Origin: Lama glama
Taxonomy: Eukaryota
Length of the DNA: 64,000 bases
Reading direction: 5' to 3'
NCBI GenBank assembly: GCA_028534125.1
Contig: CM052817.1
Span: 62,808,001 to 62,872,000 of the forward strand
The position numbers and the translations under genes were made by a program. Below the pieces are notes generated by a model that saw only the letters and a list, made by a program, of their open reading frames with translations, had not been told where the DNA came from and did no database searches. Within the stretch, counting starts at the first letter, position 1. Each line of letters opens with the position of its first letter. Of the stretch, positions 26,435 to 39,335 are shown in pieces.

Positions 26435-27415
26435 CATGGAAGAAAATATTTGCAAGTGATATGGTTGATAAAGGCTTAATATCCAACATATATATATATA
26501 TAGACAGCTCATACAACTTGGTATCAAAAAAACTCAAGTAACTTGATTCAAAAATGGGCAGAAGAACCAAGTGGACATTTTTCAAAAAAAAGAAATGCAG
26601 ATGACCAACAGACACATAAAAAGATGCTAAATATTGCTAATCATCAGGGAAATACAAATCAAATCCACAATGAGATATCATCTCACACCTGTCACAATGG
26701 CTATCATCAAAAAAAAAAAAAAAAGAACACAAATAACAAATGTTGGCAAGGATGTGGGAAAAAGGAAACCCTTGTACACTGCTGGTGAGAATGTAAAATG
26801 GTGTAGACACTGTGGAAAGCAGTATGGAGGTTTCTCCAAAAACTAAAAATAGAAGTACCATAAGACCCAGCAATTCCACTCCTGAGTATATAGTCAAAAG
26901 AAACAAAAACACTAATTCAAAAAGATAACATGCACCTCAGTGTTCCTAGCAGCATTAATTTACACTTGCCAAGATACAGAAGCAACCTAAGGGTCCATCA
27001 ACAGATGAATAGATAAAAAAGATGTAATATACATACACAAAGGAATACTACACAGCCAAAAAAACACATTTTGTCATTTGCAGCAACATAGATTGACTTG
27101 GAGGGCATTATGCTAAATGAAGTAAGTCAAGAGAAAGATAAATACTGTATGATATAATTTATATGTGGAATCAAAAATACAACAAACTAGTGAATATAAC
27201 AAAAAAGAAGCAGACTCACAGAGAGAACAAACTAGTGTTTACCAGGGGAGAAGTGGGGTAATATAAGGGTGGGGGACATGAGGTACAAAGTATTTGGTGT
27301 AAGATAGGCTCAAAGACGTATTGTACAACATGGGGAATATAGCCAATACTTTGTAGTAACTGTAAATGAAAAAGCAACCTTTCAAAATTATATAAAAATA
27401 AAAAGTAAATTTTAA
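26435..27415 (+). mobile_element. 5'-truncated lineage L1 (ORF2 C-terminus + 3' UTR)
   Basis: ORF 26634 MLIIREIQIKSTMRYHLTPV matches the L1 ORF2 C-terminus; 3' UTR ttgtacaacatggggaatatagccaata; A-rich tail. Confidence 0.92.
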
Positions 27416-28710
27416 AAATTAACTTTAAATTGATCACAGACCTAAATGTACAATGTAAAATAATAAAACATCTGGAAGATAACACAAGAGAAAATCTGGA
27501 TGCTCTTGTGTATAGTGGTGACTTTAGATACATCATCAAGAGCATTATCCATGAAAAAAAATAATAAGCTAGAGTTTATTAAAATTAAAAAAATTCTTCT
27601 CTGCAAAAGACACTATCAAGAGATTAAGAGCATCTATAGATGGGGAGAAAATATTTGCAAAAAGACATATCTGATAAAGGTCTGTTATCCAACATACACA
27701 ACAAAACACTTAAAAGTCAATGATAAGAATGCAAATATCCCAATATAAAAATGAGCCAAAGACCTCAACAGACACCTCTTCAAATAAGGTGTGCAGATGG
27801 CAAGTAAGCATTGTGTCATCAGGGAAATGCAAGTTAAAACAAAAATGAGATACCATTACACACCTTTTAGAATAGCCCAAAATGTAAAACACTGACAACA
27901 CCAAGTACTGGTGAAGATATGAAGCAACAGTACTCTCATTTATTTCTGGTGGGAATGCAAAATGGTACAGCCACTTTGGAAGACAGTTTGGCCGTAAACG
28001 TATTCTTGCCATGTGACCCAGCAGTTGTGCTCCTTAGGAGTTGCCCAAAGGAGTTGAAAAGTATGTCCACCCAAAAACCTGTACACAGATGTTTATAGCA
28101 GATTTATTCATAATTGGCCAAAACTTGGAAACAATCAAGCTGTCCTTCAGTAGGTGAATGGATAAATAAACTGTGCTGCATACAGACAATGGAATATTAC
28201 CCGGCACTAGAAAGAATGAACTATCAAGCCATGAAAAGATGGAATAACTTTAAATGCATATCACTAAGTGAAAGAAGTCAATCTGAAAAGGCCATATACT
28301 ATATGATTCCAGCTGTGTGACCTTCTGGTTGAGGCAAAACTATAGAGAGAACAAAAGATCAGATCAGTGCTTTCCAGGGGCTTGGCCGAAGGAGAGATGA
28401 ATACAGAGCACAGGGGACTTATAGGGCAATTGAAACATTCTACAATACCATAGTGATGATACATTTGTCCAAATCCATATAAAATGTGCAACAAGAAGAA
28501 TGAACTGTAATGTAAACTAGGGACTTTGATGATTACGATGTGTCAAAATAGGTTCATCCTTGGTAAAAAAATGTATCATTCTGTTCCGTGATGTTGATAA
28601 TGAGAGAGGCTATTCACCTGTGGGGGTAAGGGGGTAAATGAGAAATCTCTGTATCTTCCCCCCAGTTTTGCTTTGAATTTGAAACTGCTCTAAAAATTAA
28701 AAAAAAAATC
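27416..28710 (+). mobile_element. L1MC1/2-like 3' portion
   Basis: ORF 28114 AKTWKQSSCPSVGEWINKL is ORF2-like; 3' end gaaatctctgtatcttcc...gaaactgctctaaaaattaaaaaaaa. Confidence 0.88.
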
Positions 28711-28739
28711 TGAATAAGAAATAAAATAAAAAGGAGGAA

Positions 28740-28960
28740 AAATGAACAAGACATTAACTTTCTCTAAGGAGTTCACAGTTCAAAGGAGCAAAGAGATAAG
28801 TGACTGAGAACTGTCAGTAATACTTAGGGAGCTAGACCATAGCAGAGTCAAGCACTGGGTGCTACTGAACAGAGGAGGAACTGTAATCCCCTCCAACACA
28901 ACAGATTGGGTCAAGAAACAATTTCCTGGAGATGGTGATGTAGCTGAGTCTTGTAACCAC
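28740..28960 (-). mobile_element. L2 3' fragment
   Basis: atgaacaagaca...ctaaggagttcacagt; gggtcaagaaacaatttcctggagatggtgatgtagctgagtcttg. Confidence 0.7.
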
Positions 28961-30556
28961 CATTTCACTAATACCGGTAAGTTCTGCTACCTCTTTTAGG
29001 ACATTTACTTACATGAAAATTCATCATAATTTAAGTCCCATGATTTCTAATTGTATTTCATCCCAACTCCCTCAGGGTCATGCTTATATAAAAAAGGAAA
29101 GTTAATTAGTCAAAATTAGAAGCTCTGCATTTATTCGTTCAGCCATTTTTTCCTGTAAATTTTTGTAACAAGAGGAGACAGAAATCGTACCAAAAGCACA
29201 GAAATTATTACCATATTTGCTTTTATTTAGTTATCCAGTATATATGTGAATGGCATCAATTATGGCCTATTTCATATTGGTATATTTACATTTTTGTACA
29301 TACAGTAATTTTGGTGAGATGTGATCATAAGAAGTCAATCCATCAATCATTTCCAGCTAACTCATATCTACTACTTTCAATTCATTCCTAAAGCCAACAT
29401 CCTTTGAGCAAAACTATGTTTGAGAAGCATTAGATCACACAATTTTTCACAGTTGGTTTTTAGGATTAAACAAGCAAAAAACCCAAAAAGCTTGATTTTT
29501 ATGGAAGCCAATAAAATCTTCAAAAATATCTGGCTAAAGAATTTTGATTCAATTTAGCCTGAAGGGAACATTTAGGAATAGCTTCTTTTAAATGTATACA
29601 AGGTCATTTATTCCATTACTTGAAAATGACAGTGTTGTTGTATTGTATAGTTGTGGCCTAGAGGGAAACTAGTGAATAATTTATTGAAACATGTACAATT
29701 TTATCTCTAAAATTTTTGTTATAATCATTCATCATTTTGTTAATATGAAAATATGTATAAAACAAATACTATCATAAAATTACAACCGCTTTGAATTTTA
29801 ATCTATAGTTCCATCTATATATTATAAGATTAGTCATAAGTCCTTGATACAGTATTATATTCATATAATGCTTAATTTTTCAGTTTGTTTTAATACTTAA
29901 TATTTAATTTTTCAGCTTGAGTAGGATGATACCTACTCAGAGGTAAAAATATAGGATAGCTTGGAACAATATATTACAAATATAAATTATCTGCCATTTA
30001 AACATTTTGGTGTAGCTTACAATATTTTGAAATACTGACATTTCAAATGTATGCAATGTCTAGTGATTGTTTCATACAATTTCCTCATCTTAAACTAAAC
30101 TATAAGTTGTACACCAATGACTTTTTGGCACAGTGTTTTATTTAACTTACTTTTCTTACATTATATGCCTTTTGTTCTGTTGTAATTGCTTATTGCTTCC
30201 ATTATAGTAATTACCATTCTTCATTTTCTCTCACAGAAAATTTCCTGCACTTCCTATCACTTAAAATACAATTTTATAAATGACAATAACCAAAGAAGAA
30301 AGGAGAAGTATAGAGTTTTTAGTTCTGGTCATAAAACTACCACCTGTTGTTTTTCTGCTCAATTGATTGTGTTCATTATAATAAATTCAGGATCACTCCT
30401 ATAGAGATGGTCATAAGAGGAATGCAATCCCTGGTAAGTGGGGCATGTTACAGGAAGCACTTAAGTGAAATCAGCACTTGCTGAGCTCACGTTGTTTTGC
30501 ATGCTGGATACAAATATAAGAGCCATCATCTCCCAATCTAGGTGAGGTTTCTTTAT

Positions 30557-30715
30557 GACTATTTCTCAAATTTTGGTCCCCAGGCATGTAGCACCAGCTT
30601 CACCTGGGAAGTAGTTAAATGTGCAAAATCAGACTCTAGAGTTAGGGTCTGGTAATCTGTGTTTTAACAAGCCCTCCAGAGGATCATGGTGTGTGCTAAA
30701 GCTGGAGAACCACTG
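30557..30715 (+). mobile_element. MER5A (hAT-Charlie non-autonomous DNA transposon)
   Basis: ttctcaaattttggtcccc...cacctgggaa; aatctgtgttttaacaagccctccag; terminal gagaaccactg. Confidence 0.85.
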
Positions 30716-30744
30716 CTTTACCAGATGCTCTTTTAGATCACTTT

Positions 30745-30945
30745 CCTTTCTCACAAAGCACTTATCTGAATCAGTGAAATTATAAATGTTTGTTAATATA
30801 CAGGGTTTTTTCATGACCTTTCCCCAACTAGACTGCAAGCTTCCACTGAGCAGGGATCTTCTCCGTGTCTTGGTCATCATGACTCCCAGAGCCCTGCCGT
30901 GGATGTGTCACTTAGCCTTCTGAGACATTACTTTTGGTGAATGAC
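30745..30945 (+). mobile_element. L2 3' end
   Basis: ccccaactagactgcaagcttccactgagcagggatct...cccagagccctg. Confidence 0.7.
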
Positions 30946-31804
30946 ACTGTGCTATTATTGAACTTGACTCTAAAAGGTAGATACTACATAAATACACAAA
31001 CAACTTGCACAAGGAAGAATGTATTAAACACTAAAATCAAATGTGAGGGAAAAACAGATTTGGACTTTCAGTTTATGTACCTTAGACATGTCTTAGCTTT
31101 ACTTAGCAAGATGCAACATTGAGCTCAATGACATTTTCATAAATGTTCACTATAATTAGGTCAATGTTTTTATTTATATAGTACTGTTTCACTGTATATG
31201 TATACATGTATTATATGCTGTATTTATTTATTTTAACATATAAAAGTGTTTACATTTATATAATATAGTTTAAAAATGCTTTCACATCCATTGTCTCTTT
31301 AATCAAATAGTAGGGACAATATTTTAAAAATATGAGTAGTTATTCACGTAAAACAAAAAAGAAGTTGCCAACAAAAGAAGTCTATTGTGAAGCATTAGGT
31401 CACAGTTTTTCAGTCACTTTTTTAGGATTAAAAATGTCAAAATAATATGATGTTTTAAAAATGTGCACCTTGCATGAGATATATCCATAATGCTAACTCA
31501 TGTGCTTCATTCTTTAACAGAGCTTTAAAAAGGTTCATGCATCTTCCTCTACAAATACCTTCTCCCTTGGCTCCTGGTCTGTTCGTTTTTCTGATCCTTG
31601 ATGACAGTATGCATAGAAGGCCCAAGGCAATTTCATGTATGCATAAAAATGAGATGAATTATCTTAATTCTGTATGTACAGATTTTCTAGGTAATGCTTA
31701 GAAATAATGTGCATAAGTTACTGTTCATTGTTACATTTAAAGCACGGACAGAAAAAGAGAATTGTCAACACAGATGTAAGTAAAATTATCTATGACATGC
31801 AGCA

Positions 31805-32320
31805 TTAGGCCTCCCTTGACATTTGCAAGATCAAGAGCAGAAATGGAGGCTTAAATTTCATATACCTAAATATGTAAATGTTGCATTAAACTCAAAACAA
31901 CAAGGAGTTAAATATGCTCTAATCTCCTACTTTGAAAAAAAATCACTCCTCAAAATTACATGGAAGGACAGAGTTTAGTGCCTAAATGTGGCTGTGCAGT
32001 GTACTCCTTCTCCTCCAGCCCTCGCTCAGTCCTATACTATTGGGACAAGCACCCTACCTGGACTAACAAATCTGTCCCAAGTCTCCACAAATCACCTTCC
32101 CTTGGCGGACACTTGAGCCTAGAGGTACCCACAACAGTGGTGTAATCCACCCTAAAGAAGACCCAAGCAGGCTGTGGACATACACTAGGAACCGTTCGGA
32201 TACAGAATTCCAGTGCACAGGAACCAGTACCATGGTCTGAAAGGTGACGTGTGGGGCACTGAGTGCATGTATCCCAGTGACCCCAGGGATGCCTCAGTTC
32301 ACATGGGTAGATGCAGCTGG
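31805..32320 (+). mobile_element. hAT-Tip100 DNA transposon fossil (MER115/Zaphod-like)
   Basis: ggcctcccttgacatttgc...caagagcagaaatggaggc...atacctaaatat...aaatatgctctaatctcctactttga resembles the MER115 5' end as I recall it. Confidence 0.6.
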
Positions 32321-34399
32321 AAGGAGACCACAGTGTGGATCCTCAAGCATATGGCAATGCAGGTAGGTTTTCTGTTTGGTTGGAACTGTGCAGCACACAA
32401 ATACAGGAAATGTTTGAAGGTAACACATTCTACTGGTCTTTGCCCAATTCAGTGAATTTCCTCATGATTTCACTTCTTTTGTACCAAATAGCTTTGAAAT
32501 TGTCCCCCAAGTAGTTCCGAGGTGGATTGAGAGCTGTCCTTTAATCACTCTTCATATCATTTTTGTTCATTTTCTTTCTTATTATAATGGCATTATTGTA
32601 AGAAAGAAGTCATGTTGCCAGGGTAACCGGAGTGGAGAATGGGCATCTCTGTCTTTACAGAAAACTTAACTCTTCTTAAGTAAATTTCCATTTAATATTA
32701 GACCCACTCAATTTTATGTGAATAGTTTACAGTTTCTGCCTGTTTCTCTTTGATCTCTCTCTCTTGCTCGCTCTCGCTGTCTCTCTCTTCAAATATGGTT
32801 GTCCTGTTGATTTTCTCTTGAGCTCATTCTTTTTGTATCCACTATTTAATATAGGTACTTTCCCCTTTATTCAATAATTTCCTCATTACTGCACATTCAA
32901 CACTGCCAAATGATAGCACTTGCAACTCATTTAAACTTACTAAGTCAGAGAACCTTGCTCTACTGGTAACTTTTCAAGCTGGCTTTACATTAGAGCATCT
33001 GTAGCAGCCTGTGCGTAGATGATTTCTCCGCCATTCTTACTACCCTACAGGATAGGACTGGGCTATCCAGAGTGGGCAGTGAGAGTAGAGCAGAAAGCTA
33101 ACATAAATCTCCTTTCACAGCTGTTTTCCATTTTTCACTTAACATTTCTGTGCCTTATTCTATAATTAAACTTCTATTTCAAAAGAATTCTTTGAAAGGA
33201 AGATCTAATTTTGCCACCATAAACCAATCACTAAGTTGGAAGTAGAATCACACAGAATTTATTAACTTGTCAAATAAGCAGGCCAAAGATGAAGCTGTTT
33301 GCACATATTTAGTGGTCTTTCATATTAGAAGTTTTGATAGTCATAAATTGTGTAATATTTTTGTTGATGCTTTGAATCACACTAGTTTACTGTGAATTAA
33401 AAAAAAACCACTTTCAGGCATTTTCTTAAGCTTTTTTCCCTTTGGGATTTAAACTTAACTAAGAAATAAATTCTCATGCTCTCTCTGTGAGGCTGTGCTC
33501 TCTAGAAGTCCTGGTAATATTATATTAGCACACTCATCATGAACCTGCAGTGGTTAAATTGGAAACAGGTGTTTTATTCAAAGCAGCCTCATAGCCTAGT
33601 GCTTTCCAAAAAGGATCATGGTTATTTCCATCTCATTCTAAGAGTAAACAATCTCAAATCTTTTGACTAGTAATTTTTCTTTGATGCTGCAACTTTGCCT
33701 TTTTGTCACTGAATATAAAGAAAATAGATTTTGAATTTAGAAACTGAATTGCGTAAGGAGACATTTGCAAATAGATAATGATGTTAGTGCAAAGCAGAAA
33801 ACACAAAAGTTAAGAAAATTACTGGAAAAGAGGAAGAAGCTGAACAGGCATATAGGGAAGTAAACAAACACCTGGGAAGTAAAGAAAGCAAGTTTCCTGG
33901 TGCAACGAATAGTGAACAAACACAACCAGTGGGAGGCAGTCAAAACCGTGTTTCATACCTTACCACTCTGTCCTCTGAACTTTGCTCAATGGAGCAAATT
34001 TTCACCTATCACTTGGTAAAAATTTAGGCACCCATGGCTTTACTGCTAACTCTTAGCTAATTCAACTTGCTGTCACCTGATGTCACAAAGCAGTCTTATT
34101 TCAGTACAACGAACACCCAGTCCTATATTTTAACAGCTGAAGTTTCCAACTTCAGACAAAATGACAGTTCCTCCTTTTTATCCAGTAGACTGTTTTAGAT
34201 GAAAAGCCTGCATGCTTGCAGTCATGGGCAAGTACCAGTCAAACCGCCTGCTTTCTGGGCTTGGCTGAGGTAGAAAGCACACTCTTTCTTGGAGGCAGAG
34301 CACTTTTGGGGTTTTTTTTTTAGTGATTTTCCTTAACCCCTTTCCCTGTTGTTGAGGGGCTCTCAATTTTGAGAGATGTGCCCTTTTTCTTTTACTACT

Positions 34400-35035
34400 T
34401 GCATTGGTCTGAGTTTGATCAGAGGAGGGACACTGCTAAGAGAGAAATAGAGTAAGTGATGTATTGCAGGGAGCATTCAATTGTAGGAACTGGAAAAGCA
34501 TTCTCTTGTCTTGGATCTGGTGATGATCTTAGAGTTACTATAACTCAGCCAGACTGGCCATCAAAAAGGAGAGCTGGACATGGATGAGAACAAAGGCAAA
34601 CTGGACCTTGCAAGGATGAGCAGGGACCCTCATGACAAACCATAAACCAGGGCAGGCTCATTACCTACAACTTTGTTGCCATTGGTAACTTGCAAGGTAA
34701 AAAGGCACTCTGGGGCCTGGAATTACACACACACATTTGACCAAGGACTTGAAGTAGCTGAAGGACAAGATCCAGAAGGGTCTGGAGGAGTTAAGGGTTT
34801 GTAAATACCTTTTTGCTAACTAGCTTTTTGCAGCAACTATGGATGCAAAACCTGCCTAACCCTGCCTCGACCTTCACAGCTTCAGGGTTAAGCCTTCCTT
34901 CTACCTTTATGTCTGTCTTCTAAATACCTTGTACATTTCTCCCATGGCCTGTGTAGCCTGAAACCATATAGGTAAGGAATTTCTAGGAAATGTAGATCTA
35001 GGTTAACCAAGGTGAGACAGTGTAGGGCCACCACA
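34400..35035 (-). mobile_element. Old ERVL solo LTR (LTR82/LTR50-like)
   Basis: Reverse strand begins tgtggtggccctacactgtctcaccttggttaacctagatctacatttcctagaaattcc, the ERVL LTR 5' signature. Confidence 0.7.
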
Positions 35036-36444
35036 AACCTGGAGAAATTTTCATTCTCCAATGCAGGTAAGAATTTTAGGAATCATGCAACTATTCTGTA
35101 ATATTTTCCATTGTAAATTCACATCTTGTTCTAGCACTGAAGTTTGACCTAGCTAGTCTTTTATATCTTGGCACTTCAGAGAGAGCATTCAATTTAACTT
35201 TGTGTCTTTAGGGAAAGAAATGATTTATATCTAAAGATGTATATTTCATTACACATTTATATTTCCTTACACATTTACCTTATAACTAAAATTCCTACTT
35301 GTTTATGTTTAGAAGCAGTATTGCATAATGGCTTATAGACAACCTTCCTTTTCCTGTAAGAATATTGAGGCTACTATCCATGATTTATGTTTCAAACTTA
35401 CAAGAAGGTTGTTGATGTTAATATTTAAATATTACCTATCTTAGGGCTCAAAACCATTGCATGTACCCTACTTACTGCTTTATTTGTATTTTTAGAGCAA
35501 ATTTTATAGCAGCTCTGAATTCTGCATCCTCCCTTACTGGTAGCACCATCCTGCAAATGTTTAATAAAACTAATAGAAAATCCAACTCTGGCTTAAGAAT
35601 CATAAAAATAGCCTGCTGTCTCTTCAATATTGATGATCTGATAATTAAAATGAGACCTGCAACTAAGCATAATCATTTTTGGCCCAGTGGAAAGAGCTGT
35701 ACTTTTGAACTCTTCAAGCCATATCTTTCTGTACATAGAATTGATAGTTAATACTGGGCTTTGAGGAGATTCACAATCATGGGAGACTCAGACAAACAGG
35801 GTAGAACATATGAGGCAGTGCAGTGAGGATGGAACTGAATAGGGAGCATTCGAAAGCCACAGAAGCTGAAAAAAGATATCGGACGGCACTTGGCTCATTT
35901 ACTTTCATCTATTGTGCCAGAATGTAAAATCACATACAAGAGAACATTTGGAAACTACAGTAAAGAAAAATAAACATCAACTCATTTACACCCATTTACT
36001 GAAACTCAAAGGCGAAGTCTCAAGACTTAAATAGCAATTTAGCATTCTTTTTTTGACAGGACAAATAAAATCATGGAGTGAGTAGATAAGAAAAGCCAGG
36101 TGCTTCTTTTCCTTCGAGAGTATTTGAGAATTATTTATCAAACTTTCATTTTAATTTACAATTTTGGAATCTCTTTAGGAAATTTAAAAAATAATTCAGT
36201 TATTTTTCATAGCATGTAATATAATTACATAATTAATTATGAGAATACTGAAGATTGTTATGCCAAATTCATTTTAATGCAATGTATAATACATATATTT
36301 GTTATAAATGGATAAGGTGTAAACAAAGTATTTAATTACTTTAAATTAATTACACAAGAAAACAGTATCAAAGGTGAACACTGAAATTATATCCCAGGAT
36401 CAATTTGGAGCATTGAGTTAATACTAAAGGTATAGATTGTGTAT

Positions 36445-36682
36445 TGATTTAGGAAGAGACAGATGCCTGGGTTTGAATCCCAGTCGGCATGTATCTTTAC
36501 TAAAGGCTTCCTACAGTTGGGCAAAGTGCTTAATCTTTTCACTTGAATTTCCTCAGTTGGATCATGGGAGTTAAACTATCAAGTATATCATATAATGTTT
36601 TAAGAATTAAACAGGTTAATGCAGGCCAAGAGCTTATAACAGTGCCTGGAACATGTACAAATTCAGTAAATATTGTCAATAC
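36445..36682 (+). mobile_element. Near full-length MIR SINE
   Basis: cctgggtttgaatcccag; ttgggcaaagtgcttaatc; tttcctca; acagtgcctggaacat...tcagtaaatatt. Confidence 0.85.
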
Positions 36683-36744
36683 TGTGTTGTACACACACAT
36701 TAATCACACATATATATCTAATGTGGGTGTAATCTTAAAATGTT

Positions 36745-37560
36745 CAAAAATATATAGAAGAATATCATTATGACTTTGAGGCAGGAAAAGATTTCTAGCA
36801 CATAAGAAAATAATATTTATAAAGGAAAGTAAAAGACATGTTTCATTACATGATGATTTAAAAGTTCTATATAAACAAAGTGACCATATATAAAATTAAA
36901 TAGGCCACAGATTAGGAAGAGTAGCACATATGTTTATATATAATATGTGACTGAAAAAGTTAATATTTGAAAACTGTTCAAGCCAATCAACTTACGACAA
37001 AGTTCGACAGAAAAATACATCAAAGAATCATAATAACAACTCATAGAAAGGAAAACCTGAGTAACAATAAAATATGAAAAGACGGTCCATCTGATTATAG
37101 CAGAACAAAATCAGGCAAATGAAAATTAAAATGAGATAATATAATAATTCATACACATCAGATTGAAAAAATTAAAAGACAAAATCGAGGTGATTTCATA
37201 CCCAAGTGAGGGCATGGAAATAAGATAACTCTCATATATTACTGGTGAAATATAAATTGATGACACTGTGAAATGTGTAATATTACATAGCAATTCTGCC
37301 ACTCACTGGGTTTATTCTAAAGTACTCTCAGGCATGTACTCATGGAGGGAAATATGAGTATTGATTACAATTCTGTATGTAATTAGGAATACTTGGAAAC
37401 ACTTTATATATCCATTAATAAGACAAGGGATAAATAAATTGAAGGTTATTCAGTCAAGGTGTTTATTATACTGGAGTTAAAATGAATGAGTTACAGATAT
37501 ATGCCAAAATGGTTTGTTATATAAAATAATAAACCAACCAATAATGTTGTACATTATTTA
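36745..37560 (+). mobile_element. Ancient L1 fragment (L1ME-like)
   Basis: gactttgaggcaggaaaagatttct; aaatgaaaattaaaatgagata; actggtgaaatataaattg; gcaattctg; ggataaataaatt. Confidence 0.65.
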
Positions 37561-37962
37561 TGAATGAATACATGAGAATAATGATGCAAATTATGAAAAC
37601 TCTTATCTCTAAGATGGAAGGTAAAACACTTATTTAAAAAGTGTTCCATTGGTGGCCTTAGTGGCCTTACCTTAGTTTTATTAGTTTTCACTTGGTTAAA
37701 AATATGTGACAAAAATTATCTATATATATATGATACAGCTTGGAAATTATTATTACTATACAGGTATTCTTTATGTTAAGTTTTCCTTGGTTCTTGTTTA
37801 AAATATTTTGTAACAAAAATCAATTTAAAATACAATAAAATATACACTTATCTACCTGTGTTGCAACATTAGAGTGGGAAAAGTGTCTTAAAATTGGATT
37901 ATTAGATGTTTCTTATTTTTTAAAAAATCCTTCAGATTATTGTGTATAAGTTTCATTTTTAC

Positions 37963-39335
37963 TGTTTTTTTCTCTTATCAACAAATAAAAATTGTAAGAT
38001 AGGTAAAGTGTACATCATGGTGATTTGTCATATGCATACATCATATAAGGTAGCCCCCCCATCTAGTTAACTAACACATTCATCATCTCATATATCTACT
38101 ATTATTTCATTTATTATTATTATTTTTTGGTGAAAATATTTAAGTTCTGCTCTCTTAGCAAATTTCAATTATATAATACAGTGCTACCAACTATAGTCAC
38201 CACATTATTCATTAGACCTTCAGACCTCATTCATTTTATAGCTGAGAATTTGTATGCTTTTACTGACCTCTCCCTATTTCCCCTACTCTCAGCCCCTGGC
38301 AACCACTTTTCTACTCTGTTTCTATGGGTTTGAAATTTTTTTTTTTTTTGGATTGAGCATATAAGTGATGCCATGCAGTACTCATCTTTCTCTGTCTGAT
38401 TTATTTCACTAAGCATAATGTTCTGTAATTCCATTCGTGTTTTCGCAAAAGGCAGGATTTCCTTCTTTCTCATGGCTGAATAATATTTCACCACTGCTTC
38501 TTTATCCACTCATCTGTCAATGAACACTTTGGTTATTTCATATTCTGGCTAATGTGAATAATGGTACAATGAATATGGGAATGCACATAACTCTTAGATG
38601 TTCTGTTTTCATTTCCTTTGGATACATACTCAGAAGTGGAATTGCTGGATCACTATGATAGACCTACTTTTAATTTTTTGAGAACCCTCTAAACTGTTTC
38701 TCATAGTGGCTGTGCCAATTTACTTTCCCATCAACAGTTGCTTGAGACTTCCTTTTCCTCCATATTCTTGTTTAACATGTTATTTCTTGTCTTTTTGATG
38801 GTAGCCATTCTGACTGGTCTGAGGTGATAACTCGTTATTCTGATTTTCATTTCTTTGATAATTAGTGATACTCAGCACCTTTTCATGTACCTGTTCGCCA
38901 GTTGTACGTCTTCTTTGGAAAAAACTCTATTCAGTTCCTCTATTTCTTTAGTTGGATTATTCACTCTATTTCTGTTGAGTTGTATGAGTTCCTTACATAT
39001 TTTGCATATCAATACCTTTTCAGCTACATGATTTGCAAATATTTTCTCCTATTCCATAGGTAGGTTGTATTTTCCTTTTGTTGATGTTTTCCTTTGCTGT
39101 GCAGAAGTCTTTTTAGCTTAATGCAGTCCCACTTGTTTATTTTTTGCCCTTATTTTCTTTGCTTTTGGTGTCAAGTTAGAAACAAAAGTCTCTACTAATA
39201 TTGATGTCAAGGAGCTTACTATCTATTTTTCCTTCTGGGAGTTTTATGATTTCAGGTCTTTTGTTCAAGCCTTTTATCCATTTTGAACTGATTTTTGTTG
39301 TGGTTTAAGATAGGGGTCCAGTTTCATTATTTTTA
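37963..39335 (-). mobile_element. 5'-truncated L1 (L1MA9-like 3' UTR)
   Basis: ORF 38231 (-) YYSAMRKKEILPFAKTRMELQNIMLSEINQTEKD is the L1 ORF2 C-terminus; 3' UTR ctctcttagcaaatttcaattatataataca. Confidence 0.92.
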
